From an uncultured Clostridia bacterium (GTDB lineage Bacteria; Bacillota; Clostridia; Christensenellales; UBA3700), in NCBI GenBank assembly GCA_945992255.1, contig CAMFVQ010000027.1, positions 24,026 through 88,025 of the forward strand: 64,000 bases of DNA, written 5' to 3'. The notes beneath the pieces were generated by a model, which saw nothing but the letters and a program-made list of their open reading frames with translations, had not been told where the DNA came from and ran no database searches. Both the position numbers and the translations under genes were made by a program. Of this stretch, positions 1 through 8,594 are shown in pieces. Every line of letters begins with the position of its first letter. The stretch's first letter is position 1.

Positions 1-1
1 A

Positions 2-1960
2 GCCAAAGATTTGCTCAGCAAATATGATACATTGGACGGAGTGTATGCTAATATAGATGAAATAAAGGGCAAGCTCAAAGAAAAATTGCAAAACAACAAG
101 GATATGGCATATTTGTCTTACCAACTTGCGACAATCAATGTAGATAGCCCAGTCGAGTTGGATATTGATAGTGCAAAACTCAAACTGCCGTTCTCCAGCG
201 ATGTCAAAGAAATGTTTAGACAGCTTGATTTTATCAAACTCATATCAAGACTTGATTTTGACAATACCCAAGAGCAAGAAGAGGAAGAGATAAATCTTGA
301 AGAAATCGTTGTAAACAATTCGAGCGAGTTGGAGCAAGCTGTCAATGCTGTAAAAGAAAAACAAGTTTTTGCTTTTGGCAGTGATGATATGGCAAGTTTT
401 GCGTGCGAAAAAAATGTGTGTTATAAGATAAATATTTGTGACAATCTCTTTGGCGAGGGCGTGGATTATGGCGAATATTTGGCAGCTGTCAAAGAAATTT
501 TGGAAGACGGCAATATTCAAAAATATCTGTACGATGCCAAAAATATTATGCATTGGGGAGAGGACAAAAATATAGTCGTGAACTTGCCATATAGCGATAC
601 ACTTGTCAAAGCTTATCTTTGCAACAGCATTCACAACTATAAGAATATGGAAGAGCTTTGTGTAAGTTTTGGATACCCAAATGCAGTGTCATCGCTCATC
701 GCTTTGGATAAAGACTTTGACAGAGAGATGAAAGAAAAAAATCTGACAGAGTTGTACCAAAATGTGGAATTGCCACTTATCAAGACCTTGTTCGATATGG
801 AAAAGCACGGATTCAGGGTCAACCTTGATATGCTAGGTGAGTTGGGCGAAAAATTTGGTAAAGAAATCAACGAACTGACTGACCAAATTGTGGAGTGTGC
901 AGGCAAACCTTTCAATATCAATTCTCCAAAGCAGTTGGCAGTTGTTTTGTTCGAGGACTTGGGACTGAAAGGTGGAAAAAAGACTAAGACTGGCTATTCG
1001 ACCAATGTAGAAGTGTTGGAAAGCTTGTATTATCAGCACCCAATCATTCCGCTTATCCTCAGATATAGAGAGCTTGTCAAACTAAAATCAACTTATATTG
1101 ACGGATTGTTGCCACAGGTGGACAGCAAGGGATATGTGCATACAATTTTCAAACAAACAGTTACCGCTACAGGCAGATTGTCTTCTACTGAGCCAAACTT
1201 GCAAAATATTCCTGTCCGCAAGAGCGAGGGTAAACAAATAAGAAAGATGTATATAGCAAGCGAGGGCAATCAACTTGTTTGTGCCGATTATTCTCAAATC
1301 GAACTTAGATTGATGGCGCATATGAGCGGTGACCCAACTATGATAAAAGCCTTCAACGACGGAGTGGATATCCATGCAACAACAGCTTCACAAATTCTTG
1401 GCGTGCCACTAGATAGGGTCGACAGCGATATGCGTAGACAAGCTAAGGCGGTCAATTTTGGTATCATTTATGGCATCAGCGACTTTGGATTGGCGCACGA
1501 CTTGGGTATTGCCCAATGGCAAGCAAGAGATTTTATCCAAAAATACTTTGTCAAATATCCAAAAATTAAGGAATTTATGGACAATAGCGTTGCAAAGGCG
1601 ACAGCGGACGGATATATCACAACAATTTTTGGCAGAAGAAGAGATATTCCTGAGTTATCTTCTAGCAACCGCAATATCAAGAATTTTGGTGAGCGTGTGG
1701 CAATGAATATGCCGTTGCAAGGTAGTGCAAGCGACATCATCAAAATTGCTATGAACAGAGTTGCAAAAGCTCTGGAAGATGAAAAGCTAGAAGCCAAACT
1801 TATAATGCAAGTTCACGATGAACTAATTGTCGATTGTCCTTCAAAAGAAGTGGACAAAGTCAAAGCTATTATGCTAGAATGTATGCAAAATGTGTCACAG
1901 CTTAGGGTTAAGTTGGTGGCAGACATTGGTACCGGAGACAACTGGTTGGAGGCTAAATAA
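2..1960 (+). CDS. polA: DNA polymerase I, C-terminal ~650 aa (5' end of the gene lies upstream of the window)
   Basis: Reading frame is open to the window edge. Family-A polymerase motifs are present in the translation (DYSQIELR, RRQAKAVNFGIIYG, QVHDELIVD). The stop overlaps the next start (TAATG). Confidence 0.95.
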   Translation, partial: AKDLLSKYDTLDGVYANIDEIKGKLKEKLQNNKDMAYLSYQLATINVDSPVELDIDSAKLKLPFSSDVKEMFRQLDFIKLISRLDFDNTQEQEEEEINLEEIVVNNSSELEQAVNAVKEKQVFAFGSDDMASFACEKNVCYKINICDNLFGEGVDYGEYLAAVKEILEDGNIQKYLYDAKNIMHWGEDKNIVVNLPYSDTLVKAYLCNSIHNYKNMEELCVSFGYPNAVSSLIALDKDFDREMKEKNLTELYQNVELPLIKTLFDMEKHGFRVNLDMLGELGEKFGKEINELTDQIVECAGKPFNINSPKQLAVVLFEDLGLKGGKKTKTGYSTNVEVLESLYYQHPIIPLILRYRELVKLKSTYIDGLLPQVDSKGYVHTIFKQTVTATGRLSSTEPNLQNIPVRKSEGKQIRKMYIASEGNQLVCADYSQIELRLMAHMSGDPTMIKAFNDGVDIHATTASQILGVPLDRVDSDMRRQAKAVNFGIIYGISDFGLAHDLGIAQWQARDFIQKYFVKYPKIKEFMDNSVAKATADGYITTIFGRRRDIPELSSSNRNIKNFGERVAMNMPLQGSASDIIKIAMNRVAKALEDEKLEAKLIMQVHDELIVDCPSKEVDKVKAIMLECMQNVSQLRVKLVADIGTGDNWLEAK

Positions 1961-2556
1961 TGAAAGTTGCAATAATAGGTTCGATAGGCAGTGGAAAAAG
2001 TAAGGTTGTGGAGCATTTGAAAGATCTCAATCGCAACGTTTTCGACTGCGACATTCTCGCCAAAGAAATTATGCAAAGAGAAGAAGTAAAAGAACGCATA
2101 AGCATAGAGTTTGGTTTGGGACTGGATAGAAAAGGCGAACTTATCAAAAACGAATTGTCGGATATTATTTTTGCCGATGAGCGTAAACGCAAACAACTCG
2201 AAAAAATTGTGCATACTTTGGTGCTTGAAGAGCTTGTGAAAATATCCAATGATTATGAAGATATTTTTGTGGAAGTGTCTGCATACAAAGGAAGTTGTGT
2301 AGAAGGCTTTTTTGATGTGGTCATCGGTGTGATTGCCAATATGGAAACTCGCATTACTAGGGTGATTGCTCGCAGTGGATATACTAGAGAAAAGATTTTG
2401 TCTATTATCGATGCCCAACCTAGTGATGAAGAAATCAAGCAAATGAGCAACTATACAATCGAAAACAATGGCACAACCGATGAGTTGAATAGTCAAGTTG
2501 AAGAGATTTTGGAGAAGATTTATTCGGGCATAGATGACCCTGAAATAATTTTTTGA
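1960..2556 (+). CDS. coaE: dephospho-CoA kinase
   Basis: 198 aa with N-terminal P-loop GSIGSGKS. Sits immediately after polA, translationally coupled. Confidence 0.8.
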   Translation: MKVAIIGSIGSGKSKVVEHLKDLNRNVFDCDILAKEIMQREEVKERISIEFGLGLDRKGELIKNELSDIIFADERKRKQLEKIVHTLVLEELVKISNDYEDIFVEVSAYKGSCVEGFFDVVIGVIANMETRITRVIARSGYTREKILSIIDAQPSDEEIKQMSNYTIENNGTTDELNSQVEEILEKIYSGIDDPEIIF

Positions 2557-2580
2557 TAAAAATTGAAATTGCTAAAAATG

Positions 2581-2605
2581 AAGTTCCCATTAGGGAACTT
2601 TTTTG
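2581..2605 (+). terminator. intrinsic terminator after coaE
   Basis: AAGTTCCC-atta-GGGAACTT hairpin followed by a T-run. Confidence 0.8.
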
Positions 2606-2677
2606 TTGGTAAAATCTTGTTTTGTCGGTAAAATAGTTGACTATATTGGGAATTGGTCAAATATGCTGCATAATAGG

Positions 2678-3232
2678 TCAAATCTTGGCAATTACACGGC
2701 AAGGTAGACCTGTGACACCAAGTAGGTGCATAGGGTAAGTGTGGGCAACGAAAGTGGTCGATTGGGCGATGACTTTGCCCAAATTTACAAGATTTTCTAC
2801 CACGAAAACACCACTATCTGCACATTTTTGGTCGGTCGGAGTGTGTTCTTTGCCTGTGCGAATACTTGCACAATCAATGCCGATGATAGAAATTTGGCGA
2901 GAGAGAAGCTCCTCTATAAGCTCGTTTGACAGCACTGGGTGGTAGGTAAAATAGCCTTTGGCGGCATAAGGTACTTGATTGATAAAGCCTGTGTAGAAAG
3001 CAACGAACATATTTGGGTGCACTTTGGATAGGTCTATGTCGCTAGGGAGAATTTCTCTATCCTTGATATGACTTACGTCGAAAACCGTAGCATCAAGACT
3101 GGTGTATTCTAGCGGAAAAGCCTTGTCCATAGAATCAAAGTGAGTGCCAAGATGTCCTGCAAGATTGGCAGGTAGATCTTTGGCTGATGCGGCAATCTCT
3201 GGTGTGATAGGTAGTGTTAGGTCGATGAGCAT
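2678..3232 (-). CDS. putative cyclase / arylformamidase-family protein
   Basis: 184 aa. The motif HLGTHFDS resembles the HxGTHxD signature of the putative-cyclase family. Confidence 0.65.
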   Translation of the reverse strand: MLIDLTLPITPEIAASAKDLPANLAGHLGTHFDSMDKAFPLEYTSLDATVFDVSHIKDREILPSDIDLSKVHPNMFVAFYTGFINQVPYAAKGYFTYHPVLSNELIEELLSRQISIIGIDCASIRTGKEHTPTDQKCADSGVFVVENLVNLGKVIAQSTTFVAHTYPMHLLGVTGLPCRVIAKI

Positions 3233-3348
3233 ATTTTCTCCTTGTGGTGTATCTTTTAGATATCATAACATATTTTGCGGATTGGGGGTATTGTTTTGGC
3301 ATAGATTGTTGAATATATCTAAAATTGGGTAAAAGTGCGAAAATAAAA

Positions 3349-3376
3349 TGAAAAATAGACAGCCGAAGCTGTCTAT
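3349..3376 (-). terminator. intrinsic terminator after the mscS-like gene
   Basis: On the minus strand: ATAGACAGC-ttcg-GCTGTCTAT followed by TTTTT. Confidence 0.85.
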
Positions 3377-3395
3377 TGGTTGTATATTCGATGAT

Positions 3396-4238
3396 TTATT
3401 TTGCTGCGTTGTCTTTGATATGAATATCCATTTGTGGATATGGAATAGAAATGTTGTTGCTGTCGAAAGCTTTCTTGACTTCTTCTAGCATAAAGCATTT
3501 GCTTGCCCAAAGGTCGCCGTTGTTCTTGGTCCAATATCTTGCAAGAATGTTGACAGATGAAGAACCATGCTCGGTGATTGCAACAAATGGAGTAGGGTCT
3601 TGAAGAATAAGCTCGCTGTTGGTCATCAAGTCAAGCAAAATTTGTTTGGCTTGGTCATAATCGCTCTCGTAAGAGATAGTGAAAGTGAGATCAACACGGC
3701 GAGAGTCTTTCATAGAGAAGTTGGTGATAGTTGTGTTGGCAGTCTTGCCGTTTGGAAGAATGACAACAGTATTCTCAGGTGTGCGGATATAGGTGTGGAA
3801 AATCTCGATGTTTTCTACTGTGCCTTTTTGTCCGTCAACTTCAATGAAATCGCCAATCTTGAATGGGCGAAGAACGATGATGAGAACGCCACCTGCTAGG
3901 TTGGATAGTGAGCCTTGCAATGCAAGACCAACTGTTACACCGATGGATGCGATTGCTGCTGCAATACCAGAAGTTTCGATGCCAAGGAAAGATATCAGAC
4001 AAACTACACCTAGGAATTTGATAATTCTTCTAAGCCAAGTTACGAGAACTTTGCGTAGGGTAAGGTCGAAGTTTTTTGCTTCAAGTTTTTTATCAACTTT
4101 ACGGAAAACTGCATTGATGATTTTGAAAAAGATAAATAGAGCCAAAAAGCCTATTACAATTTTAACTCCAGCGGTTGATAGCCATTTTAGAAGATTTGAC
4201 AATACTTCTGTAAGTTTTTCACCCATATTGTTTACCAC
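3396..4238 (-). CDS. small-conductance mechanosensitive channel (MscS family)
   Basis: 280 aa with N-terminal TM helices, then an MscS beta-domain-like segment (LRPFKIGDFIEVDGQKGTVENIEIFHT). Confidence 0.85.
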   Translation of the reverse strand: MVNNMGEKLTEVLSNLLKWLSTAGVKIVIGFLALFIFFKIINAVFRKVDKKLEAKNFDLTLRKVLVTWLRRIIKFLGVVCLISFLGIETSGIAAAIASIGVTVGLALQGSLSNLAGGVLIIVLRPFKIGDFIEVDGQKGTVENIEIFHTYIRTPENTVVILPNGKTANTTITNFSMKDSRRVDLTFTISYESDYDQAKQILLDLMTNSELILQDPTPFVAITEHGSSSVNILARYWTKNNGDLWASKCFMLEEVKKAFDSNNISIPYPQMDIHIKDNAAK

Positions 4239-4554
4239 CTTTTTATTGTTGACTTAATTATAACATATAAGCCGCCTTATGGTAAATAAAATAACAAAAT
4301 TTGTCGAAAATTCTTTGGAGAAATAAGATTGTTACAGAAAAATACTGCGAAAGAGGGCGGAATAAATGATTGGATAGAAAATTAAATGAATAGTAAAAAA
4401 CATAGTTGAAATCTAAAAAATCCTTAAATAAAATATCGAATAATTATAAAAACATCAAAATACTTCTAAATTATGCCATAAATTAGAATAAAATACAATA
4501 CAAATGAGAAATCTTGCTCGTGCAAGAATTATAAAAAACTAAATCAAAAGAATA

Positions 4555-4583
4555 TTGACTATGCTGTACATAGGTGATATAAT
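4555..4583 (+). promoter_or_regulatory. sigma-A-type promoter for the transporter gene
   Basis: TTGACT, 17-nt spacer, then extended -10 TGaTATAAT. Lies about 40 nt upstream of an AAGGAAAGGGAAG RBS and the ATG at 4621. Confidence 0.6.
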
Positions 4584-4620
4584 CTCATTGCATCTAAATG
4601 CATAAAAGGAAAGGGAAGTT

Positions 4621-6348
4621 ATGAAATTTGAATTGAAAAATTTGCCTAAGCAAATTAAAGCTTTTTGGAAAGAGCCTCCTAAGGGAAGATACCTCAATCT
4701 GAAAGAAATCTTTTGTCTAGGCGGATCAGCTCTTGGTATATCTTTTATTACCAATCTCATTGCTACTTATGTTACAATCGGTCAGTTGCCACTTATCTAT
4801 GATATGGGCAAATATGCCACCTTGCACGCAACTCTTGTTTATTTGATTGCAAGTGTCATAGGTATGATCGTTACTCCAATCTATGGCAACTACGTTCAAA
4901 GAACCAATACAAAATGGGGAAGATATAAGCCTTATATTTTGTTTATGGCACCTGTCGTAGGAGCTTTGGGAACATTTGCTTTGTGGTCACCACAAAATTT
5001 GACCGAAACCCAACGCATAATATATGTATATTGTATGTGTATACCTACATTGGTTATTTGGCAACTTTGGTTCAATGCTTGGAATATGTTCCCCGGAGTC
5101 TTTTCTCCTAACCAACAAGAAAGAGTTGATATTTGGTCACCAATCGGTCTTGTCATCGGCTTTGCACCAACCGTTATGAACATTGTAAAAGACTTGTTCG
5201 CTGGTTGGTTCGGCGATATTATGGCAGTTCGTGTTATATCCATTTTCTGTCTGTGTGTTGGCGTTTCGCTCACTGTATGCCTTGTAAAAGTAAAGGAAAG
5301 AGTGTTCGTGACCGAAAAAGAAAGCGAAGACAACAAACTCAAAATGAGCAGTGCATTAAAGATGATTTTCAAAAATAAACCATTGATGATTTTGATGATT
5401 GCGCTTGTGCTTGGCTCTATGAGAACAACTATTGATATGGTATGGAATATCGTTGGCCGTGTAAAATATGCGAATAATATGGCTGACGGTGCAAAGATTT
5501 TTGGTGCGGTGAGTGTGTTCGTAGGCTTTGCGGCAACACCAAATATGGTTTTGTTGCCACTGTATACCCGCAAACTCAACAATCGTGGCATTATGATGAT
5601 TTGGCAAGCGTGCAACTTCATTGGTTTGTTCATCTTGTCACTTGTCGGATACCAAAATATCCCTACCGGCTCGACTGCTGCAATCGTGATTACTGCACTT
5701 AGATTCGTGGTGCAATTCAATGCAATCGGTAGCTTGTTGCCACTTATGTTGTCCGAAATCGGCGACTATCAACAAGCAAAATCAGGCTATCGTTTGGACG
5801 GATATATCCAAACAATGGCTTATGCTGTGCCACTTTTGGCTACTCAAGTGTTGGCTCTTGTACCTGCACTTATTCAAGCAAAGATTGGATTCAATCCGAA
5901 CGACTATATCATCGTCAAAGATGCTGCCAACGTGCTTACTCCTGAGCTTGTAGATGTTGCCAATCGTTATGCCAACATTGCTACTTGGATATCTGCTGTA
6001 TCATCTGGATTGATGTTCATTGCTTTGATTATGTATCCGCTCAGCAAGAAAAAGCACGCCGAAATCGTGGCGCAACTCCAAGCTGAGTCTGTCAATGCTG
6101 ACGAGATTGAGGCTGAGGCTGGCGAAGGCTTGAATAAAGCTGTGGAAGAGTTGGAAAGAAAAGAGGCTGAAAAGCAAGCTGTAGACAATCTCCAAGAAAA
6201 AGAAGAAGAACTCAGTAGAGCAGAAGAAAACTTTGAAGAGGCAAGTAAGGCGCTTGAGAATGCCGAAGAAGAGCTAGATAAAGCGGAAGAAAAACTCGAT
6301 GAAATCAAGGCTGAGAACAAAGTTGACATCGAAAAAGAAGATGAATAA
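4621..6348 (+). CDS. GPH/MFS-type cation symporter with a ~100-aa acidic coiled-coil C-terminal tail
   Basis: 575 aa and polytopic (about 12 hydrophobic segments). Glycoside-pentoside-hexuronide-like N-terminus. The tail is rich in E/K/A heptad-like sequence. Confidence 0.7.
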   Translation: MKFELKNLPKQIKAFWKEPPKGRYLNLKEIFCLGGSALGISFITNLIATYVTIGQLPLIYDMGKYATLHATLVYLIASVIGMIVTPIYGNYVQRTNTKWGRYKPYILFMAPVVGALGTFALWSPQNLTETQRIIYVYCMCIPTLVIWQLWFNAWNMFPGVFSPNQQERVDIWSPIGLVIGFAPTVMNIVKDLFAGWFGDIMAVRVISIFCLCVGVSLTVCLVKVKERVFVTEKESEDNKLKMSSALKMIFKNKPLMILMIALVLGSMRTTIDMVWNIVGRVKYANNMADGAKIFGAVSVFVGFAATPNMVLLPLYTRKLNNRGIMMIWQACNFIGLFILSLVGYQNIPTGSTAAIVITALRFVVQFNAIGSLLPLMLSEIGDYQQAKSGYRLDGYIQTMAYAVPLLATQVLALVPALIQAKIGFNPNDYIIVKDAANVLTPELVDVANRYANIATWISAVSSGLMFIALIMYPLSKKKHAEIVAQLQAESVNADEIEAEAGEGLNKAVEELERKEAEKQAVDNLQEKEEELSRAEENFEEASKALENAEEELDKAEEKLDEIKAENKVDIEKEDE

Positions 6349-6365
6349 TCTCTAACAACCGACTA

Positions 6366-6392
6366 AGGAACGCTGCAAAGCGTTCCTTTTTG
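6366..6392 (+). terminator. intrinsic terminator after the transporter gene
   Basis: AGGAACGCT-gcaa-AGCGTTCCT followed by TTTTT. Confidence 0.9.
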
Positions 6393-6442
6393 GTGGAGAA
6401 GAGAAAAGTTTTTGGAAATTTTGAAAAATATCATAATATATG

Positions 6443-6471
6443 TTGACAAATGCCCAAATATGATTTATTAT
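6443..6471 (+). promoter_or_regulatory. sigma-A-type promoter for tRNA-Leu
   Basis: TTGACA, 17 nt, TATTAT. The -10 ends about 16 nt before the mature tRNA 5' end. Confidence 0.6.
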
Positions 6472-6487
6472 ACTTATGCTAATAGAT

Positions 6488-6570
6488 GCGGACATGGCGG
6501 AATTGGCAGACGCGTACGTTTGAGGGGCGTATGGGAGACCGTCCGAGTTCAAGTCTCGGTGCCCGCACCA
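6488..6570 (+). tRNA. tRNA-Leu (anticodon GAG), class II with long variable arm, encoded CCA
   Basis: Cloverleaf folded by hand. Acceptor GCGGACA/TGCCCGC has one A-C mismatch. D-arm is GCGGAATTGGCAGACGC. Anticodon stem is TACGT/GCGTA with loop TT-GAG-GG. Variable arm is 11 nt. T-arm is CCGAG-TTCAAGT-CTCGG. The 3' end is ACCA. Confidence 0.9.
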
Positions 6571-6767
6571 CTTAAGGATCTAGTTTTAGGTCCTTTTTTT
6601 GTTTTAATTTAGTCTTGAAAATTGAAAGTGACGTATGTTTTAAGTAGCGTAAAATAATTATATGTTTATATTCAGTATTGAAATGATAGTAAATTTTGAT
6701 AGGGTATTTTTTCGCAAACCCAAAGCGGAAAAATAAGTTAAAAGCAATGAGAATCGGCAAATAGAGC

Positions 6768-6803
6768 AAAAAAACAGCCCACGGATAGGTGAGCTGTTTT
6801 TTG
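6768..6803. terminator. bidirectional intrinsic terminator (serves the minus-strand gene 6805-7239)
   Basis: ACAGCCCAC-ggatag-GTGAGCTGT hairpin flanked by an A-run on one side and a T-run on the other. Confidence 0.75.
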
Positions 6804-6804
6804 A

Positions 6805-7239
6805 TTAGTTAGCTTGTTCGATTTTGTCGATTAGGTTGTCAACAAAAGTGATTTCTGCGCCGGATATTGATTCATCAACTGCCATAATGCAGAGTATGAA
6901 TTTTAGCAATGCTTCTTTTTCTTCCTTGGATATGCTGTCGATGACACTTGTCACAAATGGGGCAAAGTTGGTGTTGTAACAATGTTTGCACAAGTTTTTG
7001 ATTTCTTTGCGAGTCATATGAGTTCCCCATAGGTCATTGACAAAATTGCACTCTAACATAGTGATTTCTTGGTCTAGCGAGATAGCCGACAAAACAAAGC
7101 ATACAATAAACTTTTCACCTGAAGCGTTGTCAATTTCCTCGAATTTGGAGTAGAACGTTTTGAGCGAATTGCGAGCAATTATCAAAAGTTCATCATAAGA
7201 TTTATCTAGATAGTTTTGCAAAAGTTTGATGTGTTGCAT
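6805..7239 (-). CDS. hypothetical protein, possibly TerB-like fold
   Basis: 144 aa. It has its own GGAAGG RBS, a consensus promoter and a terminator. The C-terminal segment LCIMAVDESISGAEITFVDNL resembles TerB/DjlA-N-type repeats, but only weakly. Confidence 0.6.
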   Translation of the reverse strand: MQHIKLLQNYLDKSYDELLIIARNSLKTFYSKFEEIDNASGEKFIVCFVLSAISLDQEITMLECNFVNDLWGTHMTRKEIKNLCKHCYNTNFAPFVTSVIDSISKEEKEALLKFILCIMAVDESISGAEITFVDNLIDKIEQAN

Positions 7240-7279
7240 AAATTTTCCTTCCTTTGTATTTTATTTTCCTGACAATTTC

Positions 7280-7308
7280 ATCATAAAACTATTGCAAATG
7301 CTTGTCAA
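7280..7308 (-). promoter_or_regulatory. sigma-A-type promoter for the 6805-7239 gene
   Basis: Minus strand reads TTGACA, 17 nt, TATGAT. Confidence 0.55.
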
Positions 7309-7436
7309 TATGCAAAAATAACGCTAGATGATAATCCGTGTAAATATTGTGCAAAATATGTTGGAATTATGTTTAATTAAAATCTTTAGCTATATACAAA
7401 ACGAATTTTTGGTGTCATGTGGCATAAAATATTGGT

Positions 7437-8243
7437 ATGTGGCAAAAAAGAATTTTGGTGAGAGATAATGACAGCACTTTGGCGGACAGGATAGAGAAAA
7501 CCATTGGGCAAAATCCCAATATTGGTTATGCAAGGGCAAACAGCTCCAATTTCGAGATAATACAGATGATGTCGGCGGTGGATTTGGAAGAGTGGACAAA
7601 CGATATGATCAGTTATAAAATGATAGAATACTATAAATATAAGTATCTGTCGGATATTGTGGGGCTGAGTGTATGGATAGAGGGCGACGATAGCGTTTTG
7701 GAAAGTTTGGTGATGAGTACGTTGGTGAGTTGTCTTGTCTATTATGATATAGGCGGACAGGTTGGACAGATGAGTAAAATTTTGGACACAATGCACGGCA
7801 ATATTTGCTTGGACGGCATTTACAATTTTCGTATGAGGTCAATCCGTGATAGTTGGGCGGAAATGGGGGATATGCTCGAAGATTTGGACAGCTTTGCAAT
7901 CGAAAACAAAGATATTTTGGCAGTGACTAGGAATTTGTATGGAGTCATCAAGGATAAAAGTAAGGTGGCGATCGTGCAAAGTGAAAAAAATAAAAACACG
8001 AAGATTATCTCAATCAATACCGAAAATGAAAGGATATGCAGCATTGGGATTGTTGGCAAAGTCGGCACAACTCCTATCAATATTGATAAAATTTGGGCGA
8101 CAGATAGCGAAAATATCATTGCAACACTCATCAAGCATCGCATAGGGGTGGTCGAGTTGGACAAAAAACATTGTTTTGCTCCACTAGGCTTGCTAAAAAA
8201 CTTGTTCGTGGTCAAATGCACAAAACGAATTCCGCTGTCGTGA
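7437..8243 (+). CDS. YtxC-like sporulation-associated protein (tentative)
   Basis: 268 aa. The call rests mainly on size and position directly upstream of thrS, as for ytxC in Bacillus subtilis. No catalytic motif was recognised, and the start codon is uncertain because there is no clear SD. Confidence 0.45.
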   Translation: MWQKRILVRDNDSTLADRIEKTIGQNPNIGYARANSSNFEIIQMMSAVDLEEWTNDMISYKMIEYYKYKYLSDIVGLSVWIEGDDSVLESLVMSTLVSCLVYYDIGGQVGQMSKILDTMHGNICLDGIYNFRMRSIRDSWAEMGDMLEDLDSFAIENKDILAVTRNLYGVIKDKSKVAIVQSEKNKNTKIISINTENERICSIGIVGKVGTTPINIDKIWATDSENIIATLIKHRIGVVELDKKHCFAPLGLLKNLFVVKCTKRIPLS

Positions 8244-8322
8244 AAAACAAAATTTTAGTAAATAAAATGTGCAAAATATAAAAATTAAGCGAGTGGGGAG
8301 TATAAATTAAGTAAAAAAATTG

Positions 8323-8351
8323 TTGACATAGCACATAAGTTGATTTATAAT
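8323..8351 (+). promoter_or_regulatory. sigma-A promoter of the thrS leader
   Basis: Perfect TTGACA, 17 nt, TATAAT. Confidence 0.75.
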
Positions 8352-8357
8352 ATTATT

Positions 8358-8580
8358 ACAACTTAATTGCGAGCAATAGCACAATAGGACAAGCAATCTT
8401 GTCTACGTTGTCACAGAGAGTGTTCGGTGCTGAGAGAACACACAACGCCAATTTTTGTACCACCTGTTGAAAGCACGGAGCCTAACGAATAGGCACAATC
8501 AAGTGGCAACTTTTGTTGCAAATAAGGTGGAACCACGAAATATATCGTCCTTATATTCGAAAGAATATGAGGATTTTTTT
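8358..8580 (+). promoter_or_regulatory. T-box riboswitch leader (Thr specifier ACC) with terminator/antiterminator
   Basis: AGAGAG and GGTGCTGAGAG stem-I elements are present. Candidate specifier ACC-A lies at 8459-8462. T-box sequence AAATAAGGTGGAACCACG lies at 8520-8537. An 11-bp terminator TCCTTATATTC-gaaa-GAATATGAGGA plus T7 ends at 8580. Confidence 0.9.
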
Positions 8581-8594
8581 ATAAGGAGAAGAAG

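Noticed and set aside
6412-6612. 66-aa plus-strand ORF overlapping tRNA-Leu
   Set aside because: The region folds into a complete class II tRNA cloverleaf with its own promoter, so the ORF is coincidental.
6571-6804. Possible integrated element at the tRNA-Leu 3' end
   Set aside because: I found no direct repeat of the tRNA 3' end downstream. There is also no integrase or other mobile-element gene.
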